64,000 bases of DNA, from the NCBI GenBank assembly GCA_964016885.1, contig OZ024744.1, positions 18,352,001-18,416,000 on the forward strand, in the 5' to 3' direction. Position 1 is the stretch's first letter. Every line of letters starts with the position of its first letter. Position numbers and translations under genes: made by a program. Shown here piece by piece: positions 39,596 to 52,200 of the stretch. The stretch is from Eledone cirrhosa. Its lineage: Eukaryota. The notes beneath the pieces were generated by a model that made no database searches, was not told the origin of the DNA, and saw only the letters and a program-made list of their open reading frames with translations.

Positions 39596-42500
39596 CTATG
39601 TCACTGTATATTTGTGTATGTCTGTGTCACTGTGTATGTCACTGTGTGTTTCTGTATGTCTGTGTCACTGTCTATGTCACTGTATGTTTCTGAATGTCTG
39701 TGTCACCGTGTATATCACTGTATCTTTATGTATGTCTGTGTCACTGTATATGTCACTGTATCTTTGTATATGTCTACGTCACTGTGTATGTCACTGTGTG
39801 TTTCTGTATGTCTGTGTCTTTGTGTATGTCACTGTACCTTTCTGTATATCTGTGTCACTGTGTATGTCACTGTGTGTTTCTGTATGTCTGTGTCACTGTG
39901 TATGTCACTGTGTGTTTCTGTATATCTGTGTCTCTGTGTATGTCACTGTAACGTTGTGTATCTGTGTCACTGTGTATGTCACTGTATCTTTGTGTATGTC
40001 TGTGTCACTGTGTATGTCACTGTGTGTTTCTGTATGTCTGTGTCACTGTGTATGTCACTGTATCTCTCTGTATGTCTGTGTCACTGTCTATGTCGCTGTA
40101 TGTTTCTGAATGTCTGTGTCACTGTGTATGTCACTGTGTGTTTCTGTATGTCTGTGTCACGGTGTATGTCACTGTATGTTTGTGTGTGTCTATGTCACTG
40201 TGTATGTCACTGTGTGTTTCTGTATGTCTGTGTCACTGTCTATGTCACTGTATGTTTCTGAATGTCTGTGTCACTGTGTATGTCACTGTGTGTTTCTGTA
40301 TATCTGTGTCACGGTGTATGTCACTGAATGTTTGTGTGTGTCTGTGTCACTGTGTATGTCACTGTGTGTTTCTGTATATCTGTGTCACGGTGTATGTCAC
40401 TGAATGTTTGTGTGTGTCTGTGTCACTGTGTTTGTCACTGTGTGTTTCTGTATGTCTGTGTCACCGTGTATGTCACGGTATCTTTGTATATGCCTGTGTC
40501 ACTGTGTATGTCACTGTGTGTTTCTGTATTTCTGTGTCACTGTGTATGTCACTGTGTGTTTCTGTATGTTTGTGTCACTGTGTATGTCACTAAATGTTTG
40601 TGTGTGTCTGTGTCTCTGTGTATGTCACTGTGTGTTTGCGTGTGTCTGTGTCACCGTGTATGTCACTGTGTGTTTCTGTATGTCTGTGTCACTGTGTATG
40701 TCACCGTGTGTTTGTGTATGTCTGTGTCATTGTGTGTGTTTCTGTATGTCTGTGTCACTGTGTATGTCACTGTATGTTTCTGTATGTATGTGTCACTGTG
40801 TATGTCACTGTATCTTTGTGTATGTCTGTGTCACTCCGTATGTCACTGTGTGTTTCTGTATGTCTGTGTCAATGTGTATGTCACTGTGTGTTTCTGTATG
40901 TCTGTGTCACTGTGTATGTCACTGTATATTTGTGTATGTCTGTTTCACTGTGTATGTCACTGTGTGTTTCTGTATGTCTGTGTCACTCTGTATGTCACTG
41001 TATGTTTCTGAATGTTTGTGTCACTGTGTATGTCACTGTGTGTTTGCGTGTGTCTGTGTCACTGTGTATGTCACTGTGTGTTTCTGTATGTCTGTGTGAC
41101 AGTGTATGTCACTCTGTGTTTGTGTATGTCTGTGTCACTGTGTGTGTTTCTGTATGTCTGTGTCACTGTGTATGTCATTGTATCTTTGTGTATGTATGTG
41201 TCACTGTGTATGTCACTGTATCTTTGTGTATGTCTGTGTCATTTTGTATGTCACTGTGTGTTTCTGTATGTCTGTGTCACTGTCTATGTCACTGTATGTT
41301 TCTGAATGTCTGTGTCACTGTGTATGTCACTGTGTGTTTCTGTATATCTGTGTCACGGTGTATGTCACTGAATGTTTGTGTGTGTCTGCGTCACTGTGTA
41401 TGTCACTGTGTGTTTCTGTATGTCTGTGTCTCTGTGTATGTAACTGTATCTTTGTGTATGTCGTTGTCACGGTGTATGTCACTAAATGTTTGTGTGTGTC
41501 TGTGTATCTGTGTATGTCACTGTGTGTTTGCGTGTGTCTGTGTCACTGTGTATGTCACTGTGTGTTTCTGTATGTCTGTGTGACTGTGTATGTCACTAGG
41601 TGTTTGTGTATGTCTGTGTCACTGCATGTTTCTGAATGTCTGTGTCACTGTGTATGTCACTGTGTGTTTCTGTATGTATGTGTCACCGTGTATGTCACTG
41701 TATCTTTGTGTATGCCTGTGTCACTGTGTATGTCACTGTGTGTTTCTGTATGTCGGTGTCACTGTGTATGTCACTGTGTGTTTCTGTATGTTTGTGTCAC
41801 TGTGTATGTCATTAAATGTTTGTGTGTGTCTGTGTCTCTGTGTATGTCACTGTGTGTTTGCGTGTGTCTGTGTCACTGTGTATGTCACTGTGTGTTTCTG
41901 TATGTCTGTGTGACTGTGTATGTCACTGTGTGTTTGTGTATGTCTGTGTCACTGTGTGTGTTTCTGTATGTCTGTGTCAATGTGTATGTCACTGTGTGTT
42001 TCTGTATGTCTGTGTCACTGTGTATGTCACTGTATGTTTCTGTATGTCTGTTTCACTGTGTATGTCACTGTGTGTTTCTGTATGTCTGTGTCACTCTGTA
42101 TGTCACTGTATGTTTCTGAATGTTTGTGTCACTGTGTATGTCCCTGTGTGTTTGCGTGCGTCTGTGTCACTGTGTATGTCACTGTGTGTTTCTGTATGTC
42201 TGTGTGACTGTGTATGTCACTCTGTCTTTGTGTATGTCTGTGTCACTGTGTGTGTTTCTGTATGTCTGTGTCACTGTGTATGTCATTGTATCTTTGTGTA
42301 TGTATGTGTCACTGTGTGTGTCACTGTATCATTGTGTATGTCTGTGTCATTGTGTATGTCACTGTGTGTTTCTGTATATCTGTGTCTCTGTGTATGTTAC
42401 TTTATCTTTGTGTATGTCTGTGTCACTGTGTATGTCACTGTATCTTTGTGTATGTCTGTGTCACGGTGTATATCACTGTATGTTTGTGTATGTCTGTGTC

Positions 42501-43249
42501 ACTCTATATGGCACTGTATGTTTCTGTATGTATGTGTCACTGTGTATGTCAATGTGTGTTTCTGTATCTCTGTGACACGGTGTATGTCACTGTATGTTTG
42601 TGTATGTATGTGTGACTGTGTATGTCACTGTATGTTACATTATGTCTGTGTCACTGTGTATGTCACTGTGTGTTTCTGTATGTCTGTGTCACTGTGTATG
42701 TCACTGTATATTTGTGTATGTCTGTGTCACTGTGTATGTCACTGTGTGTTTCTGTATGTCTGTGTCACTGTCTATGTCACTGTATGTTTCTGAATGTCTG
42801 TGTCACCGTGTATGTCACTGTATCTTTATGTATGTCTGTGTCACTGTATATGTCACTGTATCTTTGTGTATGTCTACGTCACTGTGTATGTCACTGTGTG
42901 TTTCTGTATGTCTGTGTCTTTGTGTATGCCACTGTACCTTTGTGTATGTCTGTGTCACTGTGTATGTCACTGCGTGTTTCTGTATCTCTGTGTCATTGTG
43001 TATGTCACTGTAACGTTGTGTATCTCTGTGTCACTGTGTATGTCACTGTATCTTTGTGTATGTCTGTGTCACTGTGTATGTCACTGTATCTTTGTGTATG
43101 TCTGCGTCACTGTGTATGTCATTGTGAGTTTCTGTATGTCTGTGTCACTGTGTATGTCACTGTATCTTTGTGTATGTCTGTGTCACTGTGTATGTCACTG
43201 TATCTCTCTGTATGTCTGTGTCACTGTCTATGTCACTGTATCTTTGTGT

Positions 43250-46200
43250 ATGTCTGCGTCACTGTGTATGCCACTGTGTGTTTTTGTATGTCTGTGTCTC
43301 TGTGTATGTCACTGTATCTTTGTGTATGTCTGTATCACTGTGTATGTCACTGTGTGTTTCTGTATGTCTGTGTCACTGTGTATGTCACTGTGTGTTTCTG
43401 TATGTCTGTGTCACTGTCTATGTCGCTGTATGTTTCTGAATGTCTGTGTCACTGTGTATGTCACTGTGTGTTTCTGTATGTCTGTGTCACGGTGTATGTC
43501 ACTGTATGTTTGTGTGTGTCTATGTCACTTTGTATGTCACTGTGTGTTTCTGTATGTCTGTGTCACCGTGTATGTCAATGTATCTTTGTGTATGCCTGTG
43601 TCACTGTGTATGTCACTGTGTGTTTCTGTATGTCTGTGTCACTGTGTATGTCACTGTGTGTTTCTGTATGTCTGTGTCACTGTCTATGTCGCTGTATGTT
43701 TCTGAATGTCTGTGTCAATGTGTATGTCACTGTGTGTTTCTGTATGTCTGTGTCACTGTCTATGTCACTGTATGTTTCTGAATGTATGTGTCACTGTGTA
43801 TGTCACTCTGTGTTTTTGTATATCTGTGGCACGGTGTATGTCACTGAATGTTTGTGTGTGTCTGTGTCACTCTGTTTGTCACTGTGTGTTTCTGTATGTC
43901 TGTGTAACCGTGTATGTTAGGTATCTTTGTATATGCCTGTGTCACTGTGTATGTCACTGTGTGTTTCTGTATTTCTGTGTCACTGTGTATGTCACTGTGT
44001 GTTTCTGTATGTTTGTGTCACTGTGTATGTCACTAAATGTTTGTGTGTGTCTGTGTCTCTGTGTATGTCACTGTGTGTTTGCGTGTGTCTGTGTCACTGT
44101 GTATGTCACTGTGTGTTTCTGTATGTCTGTGTGACTGTGTATGTCACTCTGTGTTTGTGCATGTCTGTGTCACTGTGTGTGTTTCTGTATGTCTGTGTCA
44201 CTGTGTATGTCATTGTATCTTTGTGTTTGAATGTGTCACTGTGTATGTCACTGTGTGTTTGTGTATACCTGTGTCACTGTGTATGTTACTGTGAGTTTCT
44301 GTATGTCTGTGTCACTGTGTACGTCACTGTATATTTCTGTATGTCTGTGTCAGTGTGTATGTCACTGGTTGATTCTGTATGTCTGTGTCACACTGTATAT
44401 CACTGTATCTTTGTGTAGGTCTGTGTCACCGTGTATGTCACTGTATCTTTCTGTATGTCTGTGTCACTGTATATGTCACTGTATCTTTGTGTATGTCTAC
44501 GTCACTGTGTATGTCACTGTGTGTTTCTGTATGTCTGTGTCTTTGTGTATGTTACTGTACCTTTGTGTATGTATGTGTCACTGTGTGTTTCTGTATGTCT
44601 GTGTCACTGTGTATGTCACTGTGTGTTTCTGTATATCTGTGTCTCTGTGTATGTCACTGTATCTTTGTGTATGTCTGTGTCACTGTGTATGTCACTGTAA
44701 CGTTGTGTATCTCTGTGTCACTGTGTATGTCACTTATCTTTGTGTATGTCTGTGTCACTGTGTATGTCACTGTGTGTTTCTGTATGTATGTGTCACGGTG
44801 TATGTCACTGTATGTTTGTGCATGTCTGTGTCACTGTGTATGTCACTGTATCTTTGTGTATGTCTGTGTCACTGTGTATGTTACTGTGTGTTTCTGTATG
44901 TCTGTGTCACTGTGTTTGTCTTTGTGTGTTTCTGTATGTCTGTGTCACTGTGTATATCACTGTATGTTTGTGTGTGTCTGTGTCACTGTGTATGTCACTG
45001 TATGTCTCTGTATGTCTGTGTCACTGTCTATGTCACTGTGTGTTTGCCTGTGTATGTGTCACTGTGTATGTCACTGTGTGTTTCTGTATGTATGTGTCAC
45101 CGTGTATGTCACTGTATCTTTGTGTATGCCTGTGTCACTGTGTATGTCACTGTGTGTTTCTGTATGTCGGTGTCACTGTGTATGTCACTGTGTGTTTCTG
45201 TATGTTTGTGTCACTGTGTATGTCATTAAATGTTTGTGTGTGTATGTGTCTCTGTGTATGTCACTGTGTGTTTGCGTATGTCTGTGTCACTCTGTATGTC
45301 ACTGTATGTTTCTTAATGTTTGTGTCACTGTGTATGTCACTGTGTGTTTGCGTGTGTCTGTGTCACTGTGTATGTCACTGTGTGTTTCTGTATGTATGTG
45401 TGACTGTGTATGTCACTCTGTGTTTGTGTATGTCTGTGTCACTGTGTGTGTTTCTGTATGTCTGTGTCACTGTGTATGTCATTGTATCTTTGTGTATGTA
45501 TGTGTCACTGTGTATGTCACTGTATCATTGTGTATGTATGTGTCATTGTGTATGTCACTGTGTGTTTCTGTATGTTTGTGACACTGTGTATGTCACTGTG
45601 TGGTTCTGTATATCTGTGTCTCTGTGTATGTTACTTTATCTTTGTGTATGTCTGTGTCACTGTGTATGTCACTGTATATTTGTGTATGTCTGTGTCACGG
45701 TGTATATCACTGTATGTTTGTGTATGTCTGTGTCACTCTATATGTCACTGTATGTTTCTGTATGTATGTGTCACTGTGTATGTCAATGAGTGTTTCTGTA
45801 TCTCTGTGTCACGGTGTATGTCACTGTATGTTTGTGTATGTCTGTGTGACTGTATATGTCACTGTATGTTACAGTATGTCTGTGTCACTGTGTATGTCAC
45901 TGTGTGTTTCTGTATGTCTGTGTCACTGTGTATGTCACTGTATATTTGTGTATGTCTGTGTCACTGTGTATGTCACTGTGTGTTTCTGTATGTCTGTGTC
46001 ACTGTCTATGTCACTGTATGTTTCTGAATGTCTGTGTCACCGTGTATATCACTGTATCTTTATGTATGTCTGTGTCACTGTATATGTCACTGTATCTTTG
46101 TATATGTCTACGTCACTGTGTATGTCACTGTGTGTTTCTGTATGTCTGTGTCTTTGTGTATGTCACTGTACCTTTCTCTATATCTGTGTCACTGTGTATG

Positions 46201-49200
46201 TCACTGTGTGTTTCTGTATGTCTGTGTCACTGTGTATGTCACTGTGTGTTTCTGTATATCTGTGTCTCTGTGTATGTCACTGTAACGTTGTGTATCTGTG
46301 TCACTGTGTATGTCACTGTATCTTTGTGTATGTCTGTGTCACTGTGTATGTCACTGTGTGTTTCTGTATGTATGTGTCACGGTGTATGTCACTGTATGTT
46401 TGTGTATGTCTGTGTCACTGTGTATGTCATTGTGAGTTTCTGTATGTCTGTGTCACTGTGTATGTCACTGTATCTTTGTGTATGTCTGTGTCACTGTGTA
46501 TGTCACTGTGTGTTTCTGTATGTCTGTGTCACTGTGTATGTCACTGTATCTCTCTGTATGTCTGTGTCACTGTCTATGTCGCTGTATGTTTCTGAATGTC
46601 TGTGTCACTGTGTATGTCACTGTGTGTTTCTGTATGTCTGTGTCACGGTGTATGTCACTGTATGTTTGTGTGTGTCTATGTCACTGTGTATGTCACTGTG
46701 TGTTTCTGTATGTCTGTGTCACTGTCTATGTCACTGTATGTTTCTGAATGTCTGTGTCACTGTGTATGTCACTGTGTGTTTCTGTATATCTGTGTCACGG
46801 TGTATGTCACTGAATGTTTGTGTGTGTCTGTGTCACTGTGTATGTCACTGTGTGTTTCTGTATATGTGTGTCACGGTGTATGTCACTGAATGTTTGTGTG
46901 TGTCTGTGTCACTGTGTTTGTCACTGTGTGTTTCTGTATGTCTGTGTCACCGTGTATGTCACGGTATCTTTGTATATGCCTGTGTCACTGTGTATGTCAC
47001 TGTGTGTTTCTGTATTTCTGTGTCACTGTGTATGTCACTGTGTGTTTCTGTATGTTTGTGTCACTGTGTATGTCACTAAATGTTTGTGTGTGTCTGTGTC
47101 TCTGTGTATGTCACTGTGTGTTTGAGTGTGTCTGTGTCACCGTGTATGTCACTGTGTGTTTCTGTATGTCTGTGTCACTGTGTATGTCACCGTGTGTTTG
47201 TGTATGTCTGTGTCATTGTGTGTGTTTCTGTATGTCTGTGTCACTGTGTATGTCACTGTATGTTTCTGTATGTATGTGTCACTGTGTATGTCACTGTATC
47301 TTTGTGTATGTCTGTGTCACTCCGTATGTCACTGTGTGTTTCTGTATGTCTGTGTCAATGTGTATGTCACTGTGTGTTTCTGTATGTCTGTGTCACTGTG
47401 TATGTCACTGTATATTTGTGTATGTCTGTTTCACTGTGTATGTCACTGTGTGTTTCTGTATGTCTGTGTCACTCTGTATGTCACTGTATGTTTCTGAATG
47501 TTTGTGTCACTGTGTTTGTCACTGTGTGTTTGCGTGTGTCTGTGTCACTGTGTATGTCACTGTGTGTTTCTGTATGTCTGTGTGACAGTGTATGTCACTC
47601 TGTGTTTGTGTATGTCTGTGTCACTGTGTGTGTTTCTGTATGTTTGTGTCACTGTGTATGTCACTGTGTGTTTCTGTATATATGTGTCTCTGTGTATGTT
47701 ACTTTATCTTTGTGTATGTCTGTGTCACTGTGTATGTCACTGTATCTTTGTGTATGTCTGTGTCACGGTGTATATCACTGTATGTTTGTGTATGTCTGTG
47801 TCACTCTATATGTCACTGTATGTTTGTGTATGTCTGTGTGACTGTGTATGTCACTGTATGTTACAGTATGTCTGTGTCACTGTGTATGTCACTGTGTGTT
47901 TCTGTATGTCTGCGTCTCTGTGTATGTCACTGTAACGTTGTGTATCTTTGTGTCACTGTGTATGTCACTGTATCTTTGTGTATGTCTGTGTCACTGTGTA
48001 TGTCATTGTGAGTTTCTGTATGTCTGTGTCACTGTGTATGTCACTGTATCTTTGTGTATGTCTGTGTCACTGTGTATGTCACTGTGTGTTTCTGTATGTC
48101 TGTGTCACTGTGTATGTCACTGTATCTCTCTGTATGTCTGTGTCACTGCCTATGTCACTGTATCTTTGTGTATGTCTGTGTCACTGTATATGTCACTGTA
48201 TCTTTGTGTATGTCTACGTCACTGTGTATGTCACTGTGTGTTTCTGAATGTCTGTGTCTTTGTGTATGTCACTGTACATTTGTGTAATGTCTGTGTCACT
48301 GTGTATGTCACTGTGTGTTTCTGTATGTCTGTGTCACTGTGTGTTTCTGTATATCTGCGTCTCTGTGTATGTCACTGTAACGTTGTGTATCTTTGTGTCG
48401 CTGTGTATGTCACTGTATCTTTGTGTATGTCTGTGTCACTGTGTATGTCACTGTGTGTTTCTGTATGTCTGTGTCACTGTGTATGTCACTGTATCTCTCT
48501 GTATGTCTGTGTCACTGCCTATGTCACTGTATCTTTGTGTATGTCTGCGTCACTGTGTATGTCACTGTGTGTTTCTGTATGTCTGTGTCTCTGTGTATCT
48601 GTCACTGTATCTTTGTGTATGTCTGTATCACTGTGTATGTCACTGTGTGTTTCTGTATGTCTGTGTGACTGTGTATGTCACTGTGTGTTTGTGTATGTAT
48701 GTGTCACTGTGTGTGTTTCTGTATGTCTGTGTCACTGTGTATGTCACTGTATGTTTCTGTATGTATGTGTCACTGTGTATGTCACTGTATCTTTGTGTAT
48801 GTCTGTGTCACTATGTATGACACTTTGTGTTATTGTATGTATGTGTCAATGTGTATGTCACTGTGTGTTTCTGTATGTCTGTGTCACTGTGTATGTCACT
48901 GTATGTTTCTGTATGTCTGTTTCACTGTGTATGTCACTGTGTGTTTCTGTATGTCTGTGTCACTCTGTATGTCACTGTATGTTTATGTATGTATGTGTCA
49001 CTGTGTATGTCACAGTGTGTTTCTGTATGTCTGTGTCACTGTGTATGTCACTGTATCTCTCTGTATGTCTGTGTCACTGTCTATGTCACTGTATCTTTGT
49101 GTATGTCTGCGTCACTGTGTATGTCACTGTGTGTTTCTGTATGGCTCTGTCTCTGTGTATGTCACTGGATCTTTGTGTATGTCTGTATCACTGTTTATGT

Positions 49201-52200
49201 CACTGTGTGTTTCTGTATGTCTGTTTGACTCTGTATGTCACTGTGTGTTTCTGTATGTCTGTGTCACTGTGTATGTCACTGTGTGTTTCTGTATGTCTGT
49301 GTCACTGTCTATGTCGCTCTATGTTTCTGAATGTGTGTGTCACTGTTTATGTCACTGTGTGTTTCTGTATGTCTGTGTCACGGTGTATGTCACTGTATGT
49401 TTGTGTGTGTCTATGTCACTGTGTATGTCACTGTGTGTTTCTGTATGTCTGTGTCACCGTGTATGTCACTGTATCTTTGTGTATGCCTGTGTCACTGTGT
49501 ATGTCACTGTGTGTTTCTGTATGTCTGTGTCACTGTGTATGTCACTGTGTGTTTCTGTATGTCTGTGGCACTGTGTATGTCACTGTGTGTTTCTGTATGT
49601 CTGTGTCACTGTCTATGTCGCTGTATGTTTCTGAATGTCTGTGTCACTGTGTATGTCACTGTGTGTTTCTGTATGTCTGTGTCACTGTCTATGTCACTGA
49701 ATGTTTCTGAATGTCTGTGTCACTGTGTATGTCACTGTGTGTTTCTGTATATCTGTGTCACGGTGTATGTCACTGAATGTTTGTGTGTGTCTGTGTCACT
49801 GTGTTTGTCACTGTGTGTTTCTGTATGTCTGTGTCACCGTGTATGTCACGGTATCTTTGTGTATGCCTGTGTCACTGTGTATGTCACTGTGTGTTTCTGT
49901 GTTTCTGTGTCAGTGTGTATGTCACTGTGTGTTTCTGTATGTTTGTGTCACTGTGTATGTCACTAAATGTTTGTGTGTGTCTGTGTCTCTGTGTATGTCA
50001 CTGTGTGTTTGCGTGTGTCTGTGTCACTGTGTATGTCACTGTGTGTTTCTGTATGTCTGTGTCACTGTGTATGTCACTGTGTGTTTGTGTATGTCTGTGT
50101 CACTGTATGTTTCTGAATGTCTGTGTCACTGTGTATGTCACTGTGTGTTTCCGTATGTATGTGTCACCGTGTATGTCACTGTATCTTTGTGTATGCCTGT
50201 GTCACTGTGTATGTCACTGTGTGTTTCTGTATGTCTGTGTCACTGTGTATGTCACTGTGTGTTTCTGTATGTTTGTGTCATTTTGTATGTCACTAAATGT
50301 TTGTGTGTGTCTGTGTCTCTGTGTATGTCACTGTGTGTTTGCGTGTGTCTGTGTCACTGTGTATGTCACTGTGTGTTTCTGTATGTCTGTGTGACTGTGT
50401 ATGTCACTGTGTGTTTGTGTATGTCTGTGTCACTGTGTGTGTTTCTGTATGTCTGTGTCACTGTGTATGTCACTGTATGTTTCTGTATGTATGTGTCACT
50501 GTGTATGTCACTGTATCTTTGTGTATGTCTGTGTCACTCTGTATGTCACTGTGTGTTTCTGTATGTCTGTGTCAATGTGTATGTCACTGTGTGTTTCTGT
50601 ATGTCTGTGTCACTGTGTATGTCACTGTATGTTTATGTATGTCTGTTTCACTGTGTATGTCACTGTGTGTTTCTGTATGTCTGTGTCACTGTGTATGTCA
50701 CTGTATCTCTCTGTATGTCTGTGTCACTGTCTATGTCACTGTATCTTTGTGTATGTCTGCGTCACTGTGTATGTCACTGTGTGTTTCTGTATGTCTGTGT
50801 CTCTGTGTATGTCACTGTATCTTTGTGTATGTCTGTATCACTGTGTATGTCACTAAATGTTTGTGTGTGTCTGTGTCACTGTGTTTGTCACTGTGTGTTT
50901 CTGTATGTCTGCGTCACTGTGTATGCCACTGTGTGTTTTTGTATGTCTGTGTCTCTGTGTATGTCACTGTATCTTTGTGTATGTCTGTATCACTGTGTAT
51001 GTCACTGTGTGTTTCTGTATGTCTGTGTCACTGTGTATGTCACTGTGTGTTTCTGTATGTCTGTGTCACTGTCTATGTCGCTGTATGTTTCTGAATGTCT
51101 GTGTCACTGTGTATGTCACTGTGTGTTTCTGTATGTCTGTGTCACGGTGTATGTCACTGTATGTTTGTGTGTGTCTATGTCACTTTGTATGTCACTGTGT
51201 GTTTCTGTATGTCTGTGTCACCGTGTATGTCAATGTATCTTTGTGTATGCCTGTGTCACTGTGTATGTCACTGTGTGTTTCTGTATGTCTGTGTCACTGT
51301 GTATGTCACTGTGTGTTTCTGTATGTCTGTGTCACTGTCTATGTCGCTGTATGTTTCTGAATGTCTGTGTCAATGTGTATGTCACTGTGTGTTTCTGTAT
51401 GTCTGTGTCACTGTCTATGTCACTGTATGTTTCTGAATGTATGTGTCACTGTGTATGTCACTCTGTGTTTTTGTATATCTGTGGCACGGTGTATGTCACT
51501 GAATGTTTGTGTGTGTCTGTGTCACTCTGTTTGTCACTGTGTGTTTCTGTATGTCTGTGTAACCGTGTATGTTAGGTATCTTTGTATATGCCTGTGTCAC
51601 TGTGTATGTCACTGTGTGTTTCTGTATTTCTGTGTCACTGTGTATGTCACTGTGTGTTTCTGTATGTTTGTGTCACTGTGTATGTCACTAAATGTTTGTG
51701 TGTGTCTGTGTCTCTGTGTATGTCACTGTGTGTTTGCGTGTGTCTGTGTCACTGTGTATGTCACTGTGTGTTTCTGTATGTCTGTGTGACTGTGTATGTC
51801 ACTCTGTGTTTGTGCATGTCTGTGTCACTGTGTGTGTTTCTGTATGTCTGTGTCACTGTGTATGTCATTGTATCTTTGTGTTTGAATGTGTCACTGTGTA
51901 TGTCACTGTGTGTTTGTGTATACCTGTGTCACTGTGTATGTTACTGTGAGTTTCTGTATGTCTGTGTCACTGTGTACGTCACTGTATATTTCTGTATGTC
52001 TGTGTCAGTGTGTATGTCACTGGTTGATTCTGTATGTCTGTGTCACACTGTATATCACTGTATCTTTGTGTAGGTCTGTGTCACCGTGTATGTCACTGTA
52101 TCTTTCTGTATGTCTGTGTCACTGTATATGTCACTGTATCTTTGTGTATGTCTACGTCACTGTGTATGTCACTGTGTGTTTCTGTATGTCTGTGTCTTTG

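Larger units (their letters stand above)
1..39600 (+). repeat. Satellite sub-domain A (irregular higher-order mosaic)
   Basis: Diagnostic variants seen only here: TTCTGGATGTC (11 copies near 2400, 4190, 7127, 10536, 15868, 18327, 26429, 29104, 31081, 33756, 35456), GTAAGTTT, GTAAGTCATT, CTTAGTGTATGCC, CTGGGTCAC, TATGGCTGTG. Confidence 0.9.
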
